32,000 nt of DNA, from NCBI GenBank assembly GCA_030606485.1, contig JAUWGH010000001.1, positions 840,001 to 872,000 of the forward strand, written 5' to 3'. Under the pieces are notes generated by a model. It did not search any database. It saw only the letters and a program-made list of their open reading frames with translations, and was not told where the DNA came from. Position numbers and translations under genes: made by a program. This stretch comes from Promethearchaeota archaeon. Its GTDB lineage: Archaea > Asgardarchaeota > Lokiarchaeia > Sigyniarchaeales > SOKP01. Below are positions 1 through 10,495 of the stretch, one piece after another; the first letter of the stretch is position 1, and each line of letters begins with the position of its first letter.

Positions 1-778
1 CTTTTCCTGCCTTTGCAATTGTTCCCAACGATTTCTCCTCTATTGTACTTAGACCACCTTGAATATTACCTGGTGTGGGTTGTATTCCTCTGAAATCGAT
101 GCCTAATTTCATAATATTTTCTAAAAAATTATTCAATGTAGATTGTATTTTCTCTGCAACTTGTTCATTATTCGCACGTTCCATCAATAAATGTTCAGTT
201 CCGATCCATTCAGTAAATTCTGGAAGTATCGAGGTTCCACCTAATTTAACGATTTTATCTGATATAATTCCAACGGCAGGATTTGCAGTGATCCCTGATA
301 TCGAGTCAGATCCTCCGCATTCTAAGCCTAAAACTAGATTTGAAAAATCAAACGGCTCTCGTTTAATTTCATTAGCTTCAGCTGTCATTCTTTTACCTAT
401 TTTTATTCCTTTTTCGATGGCAGCAATTGTTCCGCCTTTTATATCCTGAACATTAAAGAATTCAACTGGTTTCTTGGACCTTTTAATCTGATTTGCTAAT
501 AATTTGCTTGTAAGATTTTCACAACCTAACCCTACTATTACAACTCCATAAATATTAGGATTACTGGCAAGACCAACTAATGTATTAATAGTATATGTTA
601 AATCTGGACCAAATTGACCACAACCAAGAGGATGAGTTATTGCTATGGAATTTTCTAATTTGTTTGAAATTTGTTGCGCAACATTATTAACACAAACTAC
701 AGAAGAAAGAATAGCTACTTTATTGCGAATTCCAACCAAACCTTTTGCCCGTTGATACCCTAAAAATCCATCGCTCAT
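1..778 (-). CDS. UxaA/GarD-family dehydratase large subunit (altronate dehydratase / SuyB-like), truncated by the left window edge
   Basis: Missing from the ORF track because it runs off the edge. Hand translation from the ATG at 778: MSDGFLGYQRAKGLVGIRNKVAILSSVVCVNNVAQ...THPLGCGQ...NPNIYGVVIVGLGCE...LGLECGGSDSISGITANPAVG...PTPGNIQGGLSTIEEKSLG. These are hallmark UxaA motifs. Its ATG overlaps the stop of the upstream SAF gene (TAATG). Confidence 0.92.
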   Translation of the reverse strand, partial: MSDGFLGYQRAKGLVGIRNKVAILSSVVCVNNVAQQISNKLENSIAITHPLGCGQFGPDLTYTINTLVGLASNPNIYGVVIVGLGCENLTSKLLANQIKRSKKPVEFFNVQDIKGGTIAAIEKGIKIGKRMTAEANEIKREPFDFSNLVLGLECGGSDSISGITANPAVGIISDKIVKLGGTSILPEFTEWIGTEHLLMERANNEQVAEKIQSTLNNFLENIMKLGIDFRGIQPTPGNIQGGLSTIEEKSLGTIAKAGK

Positions 779-1053
779 TATTTTGTCTCCTCTAAATAAT
801 GACTTTGAATATTATGAAGATGAACCCAATCTCCAGCTTTTATATCTTTAATTGCTATACCGATAATTTCGCCATATTTTATTACTTGATTTCCCTTATT
901 TATATTTTTTAAAGCAAACTTATGACCAAATGGTATCTCTTGTTTGATTTTAATTAAATTATTGTGTATTTCTAATACCTCATCCTGAAGGATTTTATCT
1001 AGAGATGTAGCGCAATTGTCTTCAATATTTATGATAATGTATTTGTTTTTCAT
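778..1053 (-). CDS. SAF-domain small subunit of UxaA/SuyA-type dehydratase
   Basis: 91 aa with DNCATSL, IPFGHKFALKNI, VIKYGEIIG and AGDWVHLHNI, typical of the UxaA N-terminal SAF domain. Translationally coupled to the large subunit. Confidence 0.9.
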   Translation of the reverse strand: MKNKYIIINIEDNCATSLDKILQDEVLEIHNNLIKIKQEIPFGHKFALKNINKGNQVIKYGEIIGIAIKDIKAGDWVHLHNIQSHYLEETK

Positions 1054-1150
1054 TTTTAATTCAGGAAAAATTTTTTTCTTTTAAAATAGACTAAGAAGTT
1101 TAAAAAAATAAATTAAGTTAAAAATAAGAAAAAAATAATATATATTAAGT

Positions 1151-1528
1151 TTAAATGGTTGCTATTACATCTATTTCAATTAGCATACTTTCTAAGGGCA
1201 AATTTGAAACTTCTATAGTGGTTCTTGCAGGAAATTTTTCATCTACTCCATTTGATTCAAAAAAGCTTTTATAAGCGCTGTTCATACTTTTAAAGTCTCC
1301 CATATTTTTTAAATATACAGTGACTTTAACAATATTTGAAACACTGGCACCTGCTGCCTCTAAAATTGTTTTTATCTTTTCAAAACCAGTAGTTGTTTGT
1401 TCAGTAATATTAGTTGTTCCGGGAGATGCTCCTTGCCCTGATACAAATATCAAATTACCCACCTTTATAGCATGACTATAGGGTCCAACTTTTGGAGTTC
1501 CCGCATCTACAACTTCTTTTTCTACCAT
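1151..1528 (-). CDS. ridA: RidA/Rid family enamine/imine deaminase
   Basis: GPYSHA, FVSGQ, VKVTVYL, FPARTTIEV (catalytic Arg present) and IEIDVIA. The ATG at 1528 preceded by AAGTGA is preferred over the GTG at 1537. Confidence 0.9.
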   Translation of the reverse strand: MVEKEVVDAGTPKVGPYSHAIKVGNLIFVSGQGASPGTTNITEQTTTGFEKIKTILEAAGASVSNIVKVTVYLKNMGDFKSMNSAYKSFFESNGVDEKFPARTTIEVSNLPLESMLIEIDVIATI

Positions 1529-1538
1529 TTTTATCACT

Positions 1539-2618
1539 TTAATAATTTTTTCCTCGAGCTGATATTTCCCATTTATCTATTAATTTATCATCCTTTATAA
1601 CATTAAAAAAGTCATATAAATTTACAGTTGGACATACATGACCGGGGATTAGTTCTACCTTTTGACCAATTTCAAAAGAATCATCTTTACCTGCTTTAAA
1701 TTGACCATGCTCTTCAGTCAATAAGGTCATTTTTGATTTAGGATAATCTTTAAAAATGGGTTTTCCATCTACAGTTGAACATGCTTTTGAACCCATATCT
1801 AATGTGAAATTTCTCTTTCCAGTTTGATTATTAATGGTCGCTAAAATAGTAAGAGCGATTTCAAAGTTAGGAACGCATTTGCTCATATGCTCATCAAAAA
1901 AAGGATACGTTCCAGGTTGAATTTCTGTTATACCAGGATATTTTCCCGCAATCATATATGTTCCAGACCCAGATGTAGTTATATATTCAATTTTAAAATC
2001 ATTTTCATTCAATAAATCTCGAGTATCAACTAACATCTTCATGCATAACTCTGTTTGTTGTTTTTTATACCCAAAATCTTTTAAATATGTTAAATGTCCT
2101 TCATAACCCATAAACCCTACAAGCTCAAGATTAGGTAATTCTTTTATAAATTTAGCCAATTCTAATACTGGCTCTCCGGGTTTAACTCCAGTTCTTCCTA
2201 AACCTACATCAATATCAAACAATATTTCCAATTTAACATTTTCTTTATTAGCCAATTTACTTAAATCATTTATATTCTTTTTTGAATCAACACAAACCCT
2301 TACTAAATTTTTCTTATTAATTTCTATGAGTCGTTTCATCTTATTAATTTCTACAACTTCATTAGCAATTAAAATATCATTAAATCCTTTTTCTGTAAAT
2401 ACCTCCGCTTCTCCAATTGTTGCCACGCATATTCCAATTGCACCCGCTTCTAATTGCATTTGACCAATCTTAGGGCATTTATGGGTTTTTATATGTGGTC
2501 GAAGATTAACTTTATTTTCCTTAGCAAAATTTGCCATAGTTTCAATATTTTTTACTAATTTATTATAATCAACCACTAATGCTGGAGTAGATACATTTTC
2601 ATGCCAACTTAATCCCAT
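1539..2618 (-). CDS. DSD1-family (fold-type III) PLP enzyme, D-serine dehydratase / D-threonine aldolase-like
   Basis: TPALVVD, RPHIKTHK (PLP Lys), YEGH, EIQPGTY, TEEHG and IPGHVCPTVNL (metal His/Cys). The ATG at 2618 is preferred; the track uses the GTG at 2630. Confidence 0.88.
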   Translation of the reverse strand: MGLSWHENVSTPALVVDYNKLVKNIETMANFAKENKVNLRPHIKTHKCPKIGQMQLEAGAIGICVATIGEAEVFTEKGFNDILIANEVVEINKMKRLIEINKKNLVRVCVDSKKNINDLSKLANKENVKLEILFDIDVGLGRTGVKPGEPVLELAKFIKELPNLELVGFMGYEGHLTYLKDFGYKKQQTELCMKMLVDTRDLLNENDFKIEYITTSGSGTYMIAGKYPGITEIQPGTYPFFDEHMSKCVPNFEIALTILATINNQTGKRNFTLDMGSKACSTVDGKPIFKDYPKSKMTLLTEEHGQFKAGKDDSFEIGQKVELIPGHVCPTVNLYDFFNVIKDDKLIDKWEISARGKNY

Positions 2619-2795
2619 AATCAAATCCACTTCAAATATTTAAATGTTATACATAATAAATGGGTTTTTAAATTAAAGATTTAGAAATTTTATTGAATCC
2701 TTTTTTCGCATTTTAATTTTTATTAAATTTAACAAAATTTAATTAGATTTTTTAATTCTTTTCTTTATCATTGTTGAGGTAAATTTATCAGAAAG

Positions 2796-3998
2796 ATGAA
2801 GGGCATTAATTATCGATTCTATCCATTATGGTACTTGGCATTTATAAGAGTCGCTATTGGAATGATGATTGGATTGGCTACACCCTTATATTTTATTGAA
2901 GAAGGGCTAAATCCCGAGATCCTAGGCTTTCTTATCTCTGCAACCGCTTTAGCTTATTTGTTTTCACCCTTCCTTTTAAGAAATGTGCCAAAGAAAATAG
3001 GAATAAAAAAAAGCCTAATAATTTCAATGGTTGGAACTCTAATTGTGCAAATAGGATTTCAAATTTCAATGGATCCCTTAGTAGCATTCATTCTAAGATT
3101 TGCGGATGGAGTCTTTTTGGGGTTATTTTGGCCCGTTCTTCAGGGTTCGATTTCTATTATTTCAACCTATGAGGGTTTACGGGAAAATAATGAGTTAAAA
3201 GATAAGGTTATGAAACTTTATTCTATTTATTGGAATATAGGAGGTGTTTTCAGCTATGCAATAGGCACAATCGTTTTATTTTTTATTGATAATGTCCTTT
3301 TAATGTTTGATATTTCCTTAATTTACGCAATAATAGGCTTTATTTTAGTTTTTATTTTTGAAGAACCTAAATTTAATCTATCTAAAGAAAATTTTTCATT
3401 AAAACAAGAAAGATTAAAACCTAATTCTCAAAGAGAACATGTAAAATTTCCAATTTTTATTCCACTTTTTTTAATGGGGATATATGCGCTATTACTTAGT
3501 TCTGTTGGATATATTTATCCAGCAAAATCTGAATTTTTAAATTTTGCAATTTTTACAAATTACTTGTTCTTTTTCATCCGGCTCAGTGTGCAAGCTTTTT
3601 TAATTTCACAAACAATGCATTTATTAATTAATTCTTTTAAGAAGATAATGCCGTACCTCATGATAACTCTGAGTCTTTGTTTATTAATATGGGGGTTAAC
3701 CGAAAATCTCATTATATTTGGAATTTTATTTTTTACTTTTGGGTTATGTATCTCATTTTTCTACAGTTTTTCGTTCAAATTAGTAATTTTTCGTAATATT
3801 GCCGAAGATACAACAAAATATAGCATATATTTTGAAACTGCGGTCGGTATTTTCTTCTTTATTGGGCCGATATTAAGTGGTTTTTTAATCGCAATCGATT
3901 TTAACTTAGCGTTTTTTATTATGTCGTTTATTGCACTTCTTAGTCTCATTATTTATCTTTCATTGAAAAATAAAATTAAAAGTGAAAAGATTAAATAA
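2796..3998 (+). CDS. MFS transporter
   Basis: 400 aa with about 12 hydrophobic segments and MFS-like RFADGVFLGLFWP and GPILSGFL. Divergent from the DSD1 operon. Confidence 0.85.
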   Translation: MKGINYRFYPLWYLAFIRVAIGMMIGLATPLYFIEEGLNPEILGFLISATALAYLFSPFLLRNVPKKIGIKKSLIISMVGTLIVQIGFQISMDPLVAFILRFADGVFLGLFWPVLQGSISIISTYEGLRENNELKDKVMKLYSIYWNIGGVFSYAIGTIVLFFIDNVLLMFDISLIYAIIGFILVFIFEEPKFNLSKENFSLKQERLKPNSQREHVKFPIFIPLFLMGIYALLLSSVGYIYPAKSEFLNFAIFTNYLFFFIRLSVQAFLISQTMHLLINSFKKIMPYLMITLSLCLLIWGLTENLIIFGILFFTFGLCISFFYSFSFKLVIFRNIAEDTTKYSIYFETAVGIFFFIGPILSGFLIAIDFNLAFFIMSFIALLSLIIYLSLKNKIKSEKIK

Positions 3999-4158
3999 AC
4001 AGATAAACAATAAACCTAAGAAAAAGTGAAGATTAGAAATAATTTTAATTTTTAATGAGTTTTAGTGAGAATTTATAAGTAAAAGGTTTAAATATTCTTA
4101 GACTCATTTGTTAATTTATAAACAAGATTTTTTATAAAAAATAATAGAGTTGTAAATA

Positions 4159-4674
4159 ATGGGCGCTGGAAAAGGTTTAAGTATTTTAGCTGGAATTTTA
4201 ATCATAGTCGCTACTTTTGTATTATCTTGGTTTACAGTTGCTGGTCCCGAATATGCTTATGGTATTGGATTAGTAAAGAATATAATGGGAATGTTTACAG
4301 ATGCTGCAACTTTAGCAACTTCATGGGGGGTTGAAACATTTGTAATTTACATTGTAGCAATTGTGTATATTTTATTCTTGGTTTCTGGAATTTTAGTGCT
4401 AATCGGGGCAAAAGTTCGCGCACTGGCAATAATAGGAGCAATTGTACCTATACTTTTATGTTATGCGATCATAGCGGGTGCTTTTAATATTCCACCAGAT
4501 TTTTATCCTTATATTTCAGTATTTTTGGACTCTGAACCACTAGTTGCAGGTATTATTCCTTTCGATTTACCTTTAGCTCCTGCCAATGCATCAGCAACAG
4601 TATCTCTCGGGACTTATGTGCTTCTTGCAGGCGGTGTTTTAGGTCTTATTGGCGGAATTATGGGTCGAGATTAG
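4159..4674 (+). CDS. Hypothetical 4-TM membrane protein
   Basis: 171 aa Gly/Ala/Ile/Leu-rich ORF with four hydrophobic segments, good coding character and a T-rich 3' flank. No family recognised. Confidence 0.75.
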   Translation: MGAGKGLSILAGILIIVATFVLSWFTVAGPEYAYGIGLVKNIMGMFTDAATLATSWGVETFVIYIVAIVYILFLVSGILVLIGAKVRALAIIGAIVPILLCYAIIAGAFNIPPDFYPYISVFLDSEPLVAGIIPFDLPLAPANASATVSLGTYVLLAGGVLGLIGGIMGRD

Positions 4675-4742
4675 AAAATTTAAAATTTAAAATTTATTTT
4701 TTTCATTTTTACTCTTTGATAACATTCTCTTTAGGTTAAGGT

Positions 4743-6026
4743 CTAATTGTGATGTTTATGCTTAATTCGATTCATATAGATTTTTAAAAATATAAAAATT
4801 ATCAATCCAATTGAGCAAATGAACACCCCTGCAAAAAATGATACTTGATAGGCAAAAACTTCTTCTCTGCCTTCACTGATTAAAAAGTCAATTAGGGGTC
4901 CGGAGATAATGGTGCAAGCCAATCCCCAAGAAAGGAAAAACGTTGTGTTGTATACTGCAAATAACTTAGCTCGCTTTTTTGGGGGCATTAAAGCTGAGGC
5001 AATGGCATATGATGATGCCATAATTAAAACATCTGCAATTCCAATTAAAAAACTCCCTGTGAATATCAGCGGTAAATACATGGAAACAGCCGTAATTATA
5101 ATTGCAAGTATACCTATAAATGTTCCGAGGATTAAAGCAATCGCATGTCCTAATTTTTTGCTCAGTAATCCTGCAAAAAATCCAATCATTATATTTGCGA
5201 TTGAGCGAGTGTTTGCTATAAAACTTAGCAGAATACTATCTACTGCTAAACCAGACTCCAAGGTTAAAAATTGCGAATAAGTTGTCGCTATAGAATTTCT
5301 ACCGAAATTGATAAATATTAAAGCAATGATAAAAACTATAAAAATAGTTGTGTTTTTTTCACTATTCTGATTATTATTATTGGAGACAATCTCCAATTTT
5401 TCTATTGGATTAATTCCACCCTCTGGAGTGAATAACATGGGAATAGTGGATATAAACATAACAAAGGATGCAATAAAAAATAACGGTCCATTCCTAAATC
5501 CTAAACCATTGTCGTATAATAATCCACCAATTGAGATTCCAATTATACGCCCTACTCCTCCAAGACTAGTTAAGTTACCTATTATTCTGCTTCTATCTTT
5601 AAATGGGTAAATATCGGATAATAAAGCACTCCAACCAATATTGGACATGCTCCAAAAGATTTCTACACAAGCAAGTCCAATAATAATTACATACCCTGCA
5701 ATAAATAAATCGGCAATCGATGAATGAATAAACCAAACAGAAATAGTTCCAATGCCAGCCAAAACTTCACCCATTATAATTAATGTTCTACGTCGCTGAA
5801 ATTTATCGGATAATGGACCCCAAACAAGGTTCTGAAAGATTACACTCATTATCATGGGAAGAGTGGCATATAGGGTAGTCTCAGTTACAGACAGGTTCAA
5901 ATAAAATCTTAAATAAATAGATAAATAGGTGTAGAATAGCCCTCGTCTAAACATTGCAAGCATTTGAAAAGAGGTTAAACCAATAAATATGCGTGGTGAT
6001 GATATTTGATGTTTTTTAATTTCCAT
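4743..6026 (-). CDS. MFS transporter
   Basis: 427 aa, about 12 TM, with MFS motif A (WGPLSDKFQRRR) and its C-half repeat (GLLSKKLGH). Confidence 0.9.
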   Translation of the reverse strand: MEIKKHQISSPRIFIGLTSFQMLAMFRRGLFYTYLSIYLRFYLNLSVTETTLYATLPMIMSVIFQNLVWGPLSDKFQRRRTLIIMGEVLAGIGTISVWFIHSSIADLFIAGYVIIIGLACVEIFWSMSNIGWSALLSDIYPFKDRSRIIGNLTSLGGVGRIIGISIGGLLYDNGLGFRNGPLFFIASFVMFISTIPMLFTPEGGINPIEKLEIVSNNNNQNSEKNTTIFIVFIIALIFINFGRNSIATTYSQFLTLESGLAVDSILLSFIANTRSIANIMIGFFAGLLSKKLGHAIALILGTFIGILAIIITAVSMYLPLIFTGSFLIGIADVLIMASSYAIASALMPPKKRAKLFAVYNTTFFLSWGLACTIISGPLIDFLISEGREEVFAYQVSFFAGVFICSIGLIIFIFLKIYMNRIKHKHHN

Positions 6027-6173
6027 TTTTTGTTATATTAGTTAGTGTAGTGTTGTTTTTCTACTATAGTGTTTTGATATTTTGGAATTTTATTTAAATT
6101 TCTCTTTATAAAAAATAAAATTAAAAGTGATTAGAGAGTAATTAATACATAAAAATAAATAAGGTTAGAAAAT

Positions 6174-6650
6174 ATGGCAGAAAATCGAATTAAAATTGAT
6201 CCTTATGAACATATTGATAAATTTTTCACAAGAGCTTCATTATTGGCGACAATGAGTAAGGATGGAAAACCGAATGTAATGTCAATTCTTTGGAGGTCTA
6301 TAGGCGAATTGTGGATGTATCCAGTAATTACCGTAGCAGTTTCACCTTCCCGCTATAGTTATGAACTCTTAACAAAAGGGATTAGAGAGTTTACATTAAA
6401 CGTTCCTTCAGATAAGATAAGCTCTGCTATTGATATTTGTGGTACGTATTCAGGGAGAAATACTGATAAATTTAAACAAGCAAACTTAACTATAATTCCG
6501 GGAAAACGAGTTAAAGTTCCTACAATAAAGGATTGTGTGCTGAGTTATGAATGTAAAATAATTCACGAGACAGATTCAGGAAATATTGAACCACATCATT
6601 TATTTTTTGGTGAAATTCTTGCTGCTTATACTCTAAAGGAAGAGATTTAA
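6174..6650 (+). CDS. Flavin reductase-like protein (DIM6/NTAB family)
   Basis: GKPNVMSI, VAVSPSRYSYEL, EFTLNVP, CGTYSGRNTDKF, LSYECK and HHLFFGEI. Confidence 0.9.
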   Translation: MAENRIKIDPYEHIDKFFTRASLLATMSKDGKPNVMSILWRSIGELWMYPVITVAVSPSRYSYELLTKGIREFTLNVPSDKISSAIDICGTYSGRNTDKFKQANLTIIPGKRVKVPTIKDCVLSYECKIIHETDSGNIEPHHLFFGEILAAYTLKEEI

Positions 6651-6825
6651 AGTATTATTTTTTTTTATAAATTCGTAATTATTCTTATATTAGTAATTTT
6701 CATTCACTTTTTTCGAAAATTGAGTTATCAATTTAAAAAAGCTTTTTATTTTTTTTCTCAAATTATTAACTGTATTCAAAAATGAATTAAAATATCAATA
6801 AATACAAAAAAAGTGTGTGATAAAT

Positions 6826-7653
6826 ATGGCAGAAGAAAAAAAATATGAGCATATTGTTATAGAAAGAGTATCTGATGGAAACTATGCTGTTATTAGTTTG
6901 AATCGTCCAGATAAGTTAAATGCACTCACTGCTCAAACATGTCGAGAAGTAGCCGATGCATTAGAAAGTATGGAAATGGACCCAGATATCCGATGTGTTG
7001 TCCTTAGAGGGACTAAAAATGTTACTAAAAAACCTGCATTCTCTTCAGGTGCTGATTTATCAGCAGGATTTGGTCCTGGATTAAACCCAAAAATTCCAAT
7101 GCATATGGATTATTCAATGTTTGATCGTCATAGAAGTTATTTACGAATCGAAGCCTTTCCAAAACCATTAATAGCTGCAGTAGATGGTTATGCTTTTGGT
7201 GGTGGTTGTGAATTAACTCTCGTTTGTGATTTGGTTATTGCATCAAAGAGATCGTTTTTTGGGTTTCCTGAGATAACTAGGGGTATTTTGCCTGCAAATG
7301 GTGGAACGCAAAGGATGGCACGGCATATCGGGTTAGGTAGAGCTAAATGGATGATTTACACGGGTGATAGATTTTCTGCAGAAACGATGTATGAATGGGG
7401 GTACGTTTCTAAGGTTGTAGATGATGACAAATTTGAAGAGGAAGTTCACAATTTGGCTTCAAAAATAGGAAAAGGGGCCACAACAGCTTATTATGTTATA
7501 AAGAAAGCTATGAACTATGGAACTCAGGCGCCTCATTATATTGGAATCAATTTTGAGCAATTAGGATTCGCTGTGAATTCTCAAGCAAGTGATGTAGTAG
7601 AAGGAGTTAATGCCTTTTTAAGGAGAAGAGAGCCTAACTTTAAGGGTATATAA
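6826..7653 (+). CDS. Enoyl-CoA hydratase/isomerase (crotonase family)
   Basis: LNRPDKLNAL, FSSGADL, KPLIAAVDGYAFGGGCEL and FGFPEITRGILP carry both catalytic Glu. The ATG at 6826 follows GTGTGA; the track starts at GTG 6817. Confidence 0.93.
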   Translation: MAEEKKYEHIVIERVSDGNYAVISLNRPDKLNALTAQTCREVADALESMEMDPDIRCVVLRGTKNVTKKPAFSSGADLSAGFGPGLNPKIPMHMDYSMFDRHRSYLRIEAFPKPLIAAVDGYAFGGGCELTLVCDLVIASKRSFFGFPEITRGILPANGGTQRMARHIGLGRAKWMIYTGDRFSAETMYEWGYVSKVVDDDKFEEEVHNLASKIGKGATTAYYVIKKAMNYGTQAPHYIGINFEQLGFAVNSQASDVVEGVNAFLRRREPNFKGI

Positions 7654-7935
7654 GAAAATAAATGATTCTATAAAGAAAATTTGATTAATAAATTATTTTT
7701 TTCCTTTTTTTCATTTTGATTTTTATTTTTTTCTTAAAACTATTTTAAGGAAGATATTTCGTGGAGAAATATAATTAAATTTAAGATTTTAAAAATTCCA
7801 TTTTCAATTTCATTATATTCTTTGATCTTTTTAGAAATAAAATGTTAAAGATTAAAAAAAAAATAAGATATATTTATATGTCTTAAAAATAAAAAAAACT
7901 ATTTTATATTATAAAAAAAGGTTGAAATAGAGAAA

Positions 7936-9111
7936 ATGGTCGATGTAAAAAATATTGTTGTAGTTGGCAGCGGTCTTATGGGCAATGGAATTGCACAAGT
8001 AAGTTTAATGGCTGGCTATAATGTGACTTTAGTTGATGTTAAGGATGAATTTCTTGATAAAGCTTTTGCTAATATTGAAAAAGGTCTCAAAAAATCTGAG
8101 TCTAAGGGACAATTAGGTGAAGGAGTAACTGCTGACGCTCTCATGGCAAAATTGAACCGAACATTAGATTTGGCATCTGCTGTAAAGGATGCAGACTATA
8201 CAATCGAGGCAGTTGTCGAAAATATGAAAGTCAAAAAAGAAGTTTTTAAAACAATGGCAGAAAATTCTCCTGCACACTGCATTTTGGCAACGAATACTTC
8301 TACAATGAGTATTACTGAGATTGCGAAAGATTGTGGAAGACCTGAAAATGTCATCGGTATGCATTTTTTTAATCCCGTTCCTTTGATGCGATGTATTGAA
8401 GTAATTGCTGGTGAGAAAAGCTCTGAAGAAGCTATTGAGACAGGAATGGCTGTTTCAAATTCATTACCTTGTTTAAGAGGAAATAGATATGTCGCTAAAG
8501 TTTTAAAAGACAAGCCTGGATTTATCGTAAATAGAATGAACGCTCCTGGTCAAATATATTTAAGCTGGGTCTTTGATCAAGCCAAAGAGAAACAAATACC
8601 ATGGAACCAAATAGATGCTGATGGTGGGCATGCAATGCCGATGGGTCCATGCGAATTATGTGATTATGTTGGATTGGATACCATGCACCATGTAATGGAA
8701 TATTATTCAGAAACACTTTCACCCGATTTTAAACCAGGAAAGGTTCTCAATGAATTAGTTGAGGCAGGAAATCTAGGTGCTAAGACCGGTAAAGGCTTTT
8801 ATGATTGGTCTGGAGGAAGACCTAAAATTGACAAATCGCAGAAAGCAGGATTGTTTAACCTTCAAACTATGATTGCTATTATGTTAAACGAAGGTTGCAG
8901 GATTTTAGACGAAGGTGTGGCTTCTGGATTTAAAATCATTGATGATGCAAACATGGCAGGTATGAATATGCCTGGACCTTTTGGTGCTGGCAAAAAGAAT
9001 TTCGAAGCATGGTCAAAACTATTAGATGAAATAGCAGACAAGACGGGAAAGGAATATTTAAGGCCTTGTGAGCTTATGAAGTCAGGTGGCTTCGTGAAAA
9101 TGCGAAAATAA
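7936..9111 (+). CDS. 3-hydroxyacyl-CoA dehydrogenase, paralog 1 (canonical motifs)
   Basis: GSGLMGNG Rossmann motif, IEAVVE, LATNTST, GMHFFNPV..M..IE, PGFIVNR and PMGP..L.DYVGLD, plus a duplicated C-terminal domain. Confidence 0.95.
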   Translation: MVDVKNIVVVGSGLMGNGIAQVSLMAGYNVTLVDVKDEFLDKAFANIEKGLKKSESKGQLGEGVTADALMAKLNRTLDLASAVKDADYTIEAVVENMKVKKEVFKTMAENSPAHCILATNTSTMSITEIAKDCGRPENVIGMHFFNPVPLMRCIEVIAGEKSSEEAIETGMAVSNSLPCLRGNRYVAKVLKDKPGFIVNRMNAPGQIYLSWVFDQAKEKQIPWNQIDADGGHAMPMGPCELCDYVGLDTMHHVMEYYSETLSPDFKPGKVLNELVEAGNLGAKTGKGFYDWSGGRPKIDKSQKAGLFNLQTMIAIMLNEGCRILDEGVASGFKIIDDANMAGMNMPGPFGAGKKNFEAWSKLLDEIADKTGKEYLRPCELMKSGGFVKMRK

Positions 9112-9205
9112 ATTATTAGAAAAATATTAAAATTTTTATTCATTTCTTTTTTTTCTTATTAAGCATTAATCTTCTTAATTAAATATTGGAAATTGTATAC
9201 AAATT

Positions 9206-10396
9206 ATGGTTGATATTAGCAATATTAAGACATTTGCAGTTATTGGTGCCGGTACTATGGGTCGAGAAATTACACAAGTAGCCCTCATGGCTGGCTTTGA
9301 GAAAGTCATATTGAACGATATTGAAAAGGATGTAATGAATAGAGCTGAAGAATATATTATCAATGGACTTAAAAGGCTTGAGGCTAAAAATAAATTAGGT
9401 GAGGGAGTTAGTACAGAAATGATCATGGCTAAATTAGTAAAAGAAACGGATTTAATAAAGGCAGTGTCAAATGCAGATTTCGTGGTTGAAGCGGTTCCCG
9501 AAATTATGAAGATAAAGCAAGAATTATTTGAAAAATTGGGTAAATTTTCAGCCGAACATGCAATTTTAGCATCAAATACATCAACTATGAGTATAACAAA
9601 AATAGGAGAACGTTCCGGAAAACCTGAAAAGGTAATAGGGATGCATTTCTTTATTCCTATTGTAGTCCTTAGGTTAATTGAATTAATTAAAGGAGAAAAA
9701 ACATCTCAAGAAACGATGGATATTAGTTATGGGGTTGGAATGAAATTGCCAGCCCTTAAGGGTAAAAGATTTATTGTTCAAATTGAAAAAGAAAGCCCAG
9801 GATTTATCGTAAATAGATTAACAATTGGAGGTAATATGTATTTAAATTGTGTTATTGATGAAGCATTCGAGAAAGGAATTCCATGGGAAGACGTTGATGC
9901 TGATGCTGGAGATTTAACACAATGGGGTCCTTTAGTAAAATTGGATTTTTTCGGCTTAGATGTAATAAATCATTGTCAAAAATATTTTGAATCTGTTCTC
10001 TCCCCAGATTTCAACCCAGGAAAAGTCATTACAAACCTTGTAAAAGAAGGCAATTTAGGAAGCAAAACTGGCAAGGGTTTTTATGAATGGACAGCAGATG
10101 GAAAACCTATAATAAAAAAGGGAAAAAAAATAGGGCTTTTTGATCTTGAAACTTATATGGCTGTTCAATTAAATGAAGGATGTAGATTATTAGAAGAAGG
10201 AATCGTTTCTGGATATAAAATAATTGATAACACAATATTAGCAGGTATGAATATGCCAGGTCCATTTAGTGCTGGGAAAAGAAATTATAAAAAATGGGCT
10301 GAATTGTTAGAACAATTAGCAAACAAGACGGGAAAAGAATATTTTAGACCTTGTACTCTGATGAAATCGGGTGGTTTTATTAAGATGCGAAAATAA
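9206..10396 (+). CDS. 3-hydroxyacyl-CoA dehydrogenase family protein, paralog 2
   Basis: GAGTMG, VEAVPE, ASNTST, GMHFFIP and PGFIVNR. Colinear with paralog 1 and has the same KMRK terminus. Confidence 0.92.
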   Translation: MVDISNIKTFAVIGAGTMGREITQVALMAGFEKVILNDIEKDVMNRAEEYIINGLKRLEAKNKLGEGVSTEMIMAKLVKETDLIKAVSNADFVVEAVPEIMKIKQELFEKLGKFSAEHAILASNTSTMSITKIGERSGKPEKVIGMHFFIPIVVLRLIELIKGEKTSQETMDISYGVGMKLPALKGKRFIVQIEKESPGFIVNRLTIGGNMYLNCVIDEAFEKGIPWEDVDADAGDLTQWGPLVKLDFFGLDVINHCQKYFESVLSPDFNPGKVITNLVKEGNLGSKTGKGFYEWTADGKPIIKKGKKIGLFDLETYMAVQLNEGCRLLEEGIVSGYKIIDNTILAGMNMPGPFSAGKRNYKKWAELLEQLANKTGKEYFRPCTLMKSGGFIKMRK

Positions 10397-10495
10397 AAAG
10401 ATTAAATAATTGCAAAAGCATAATCAATTTTATTTGAATAGTTTAATTTAACGATTTTTAATAAAGAAAAGAACTTCAACTAGAGGGGAAAAAAG

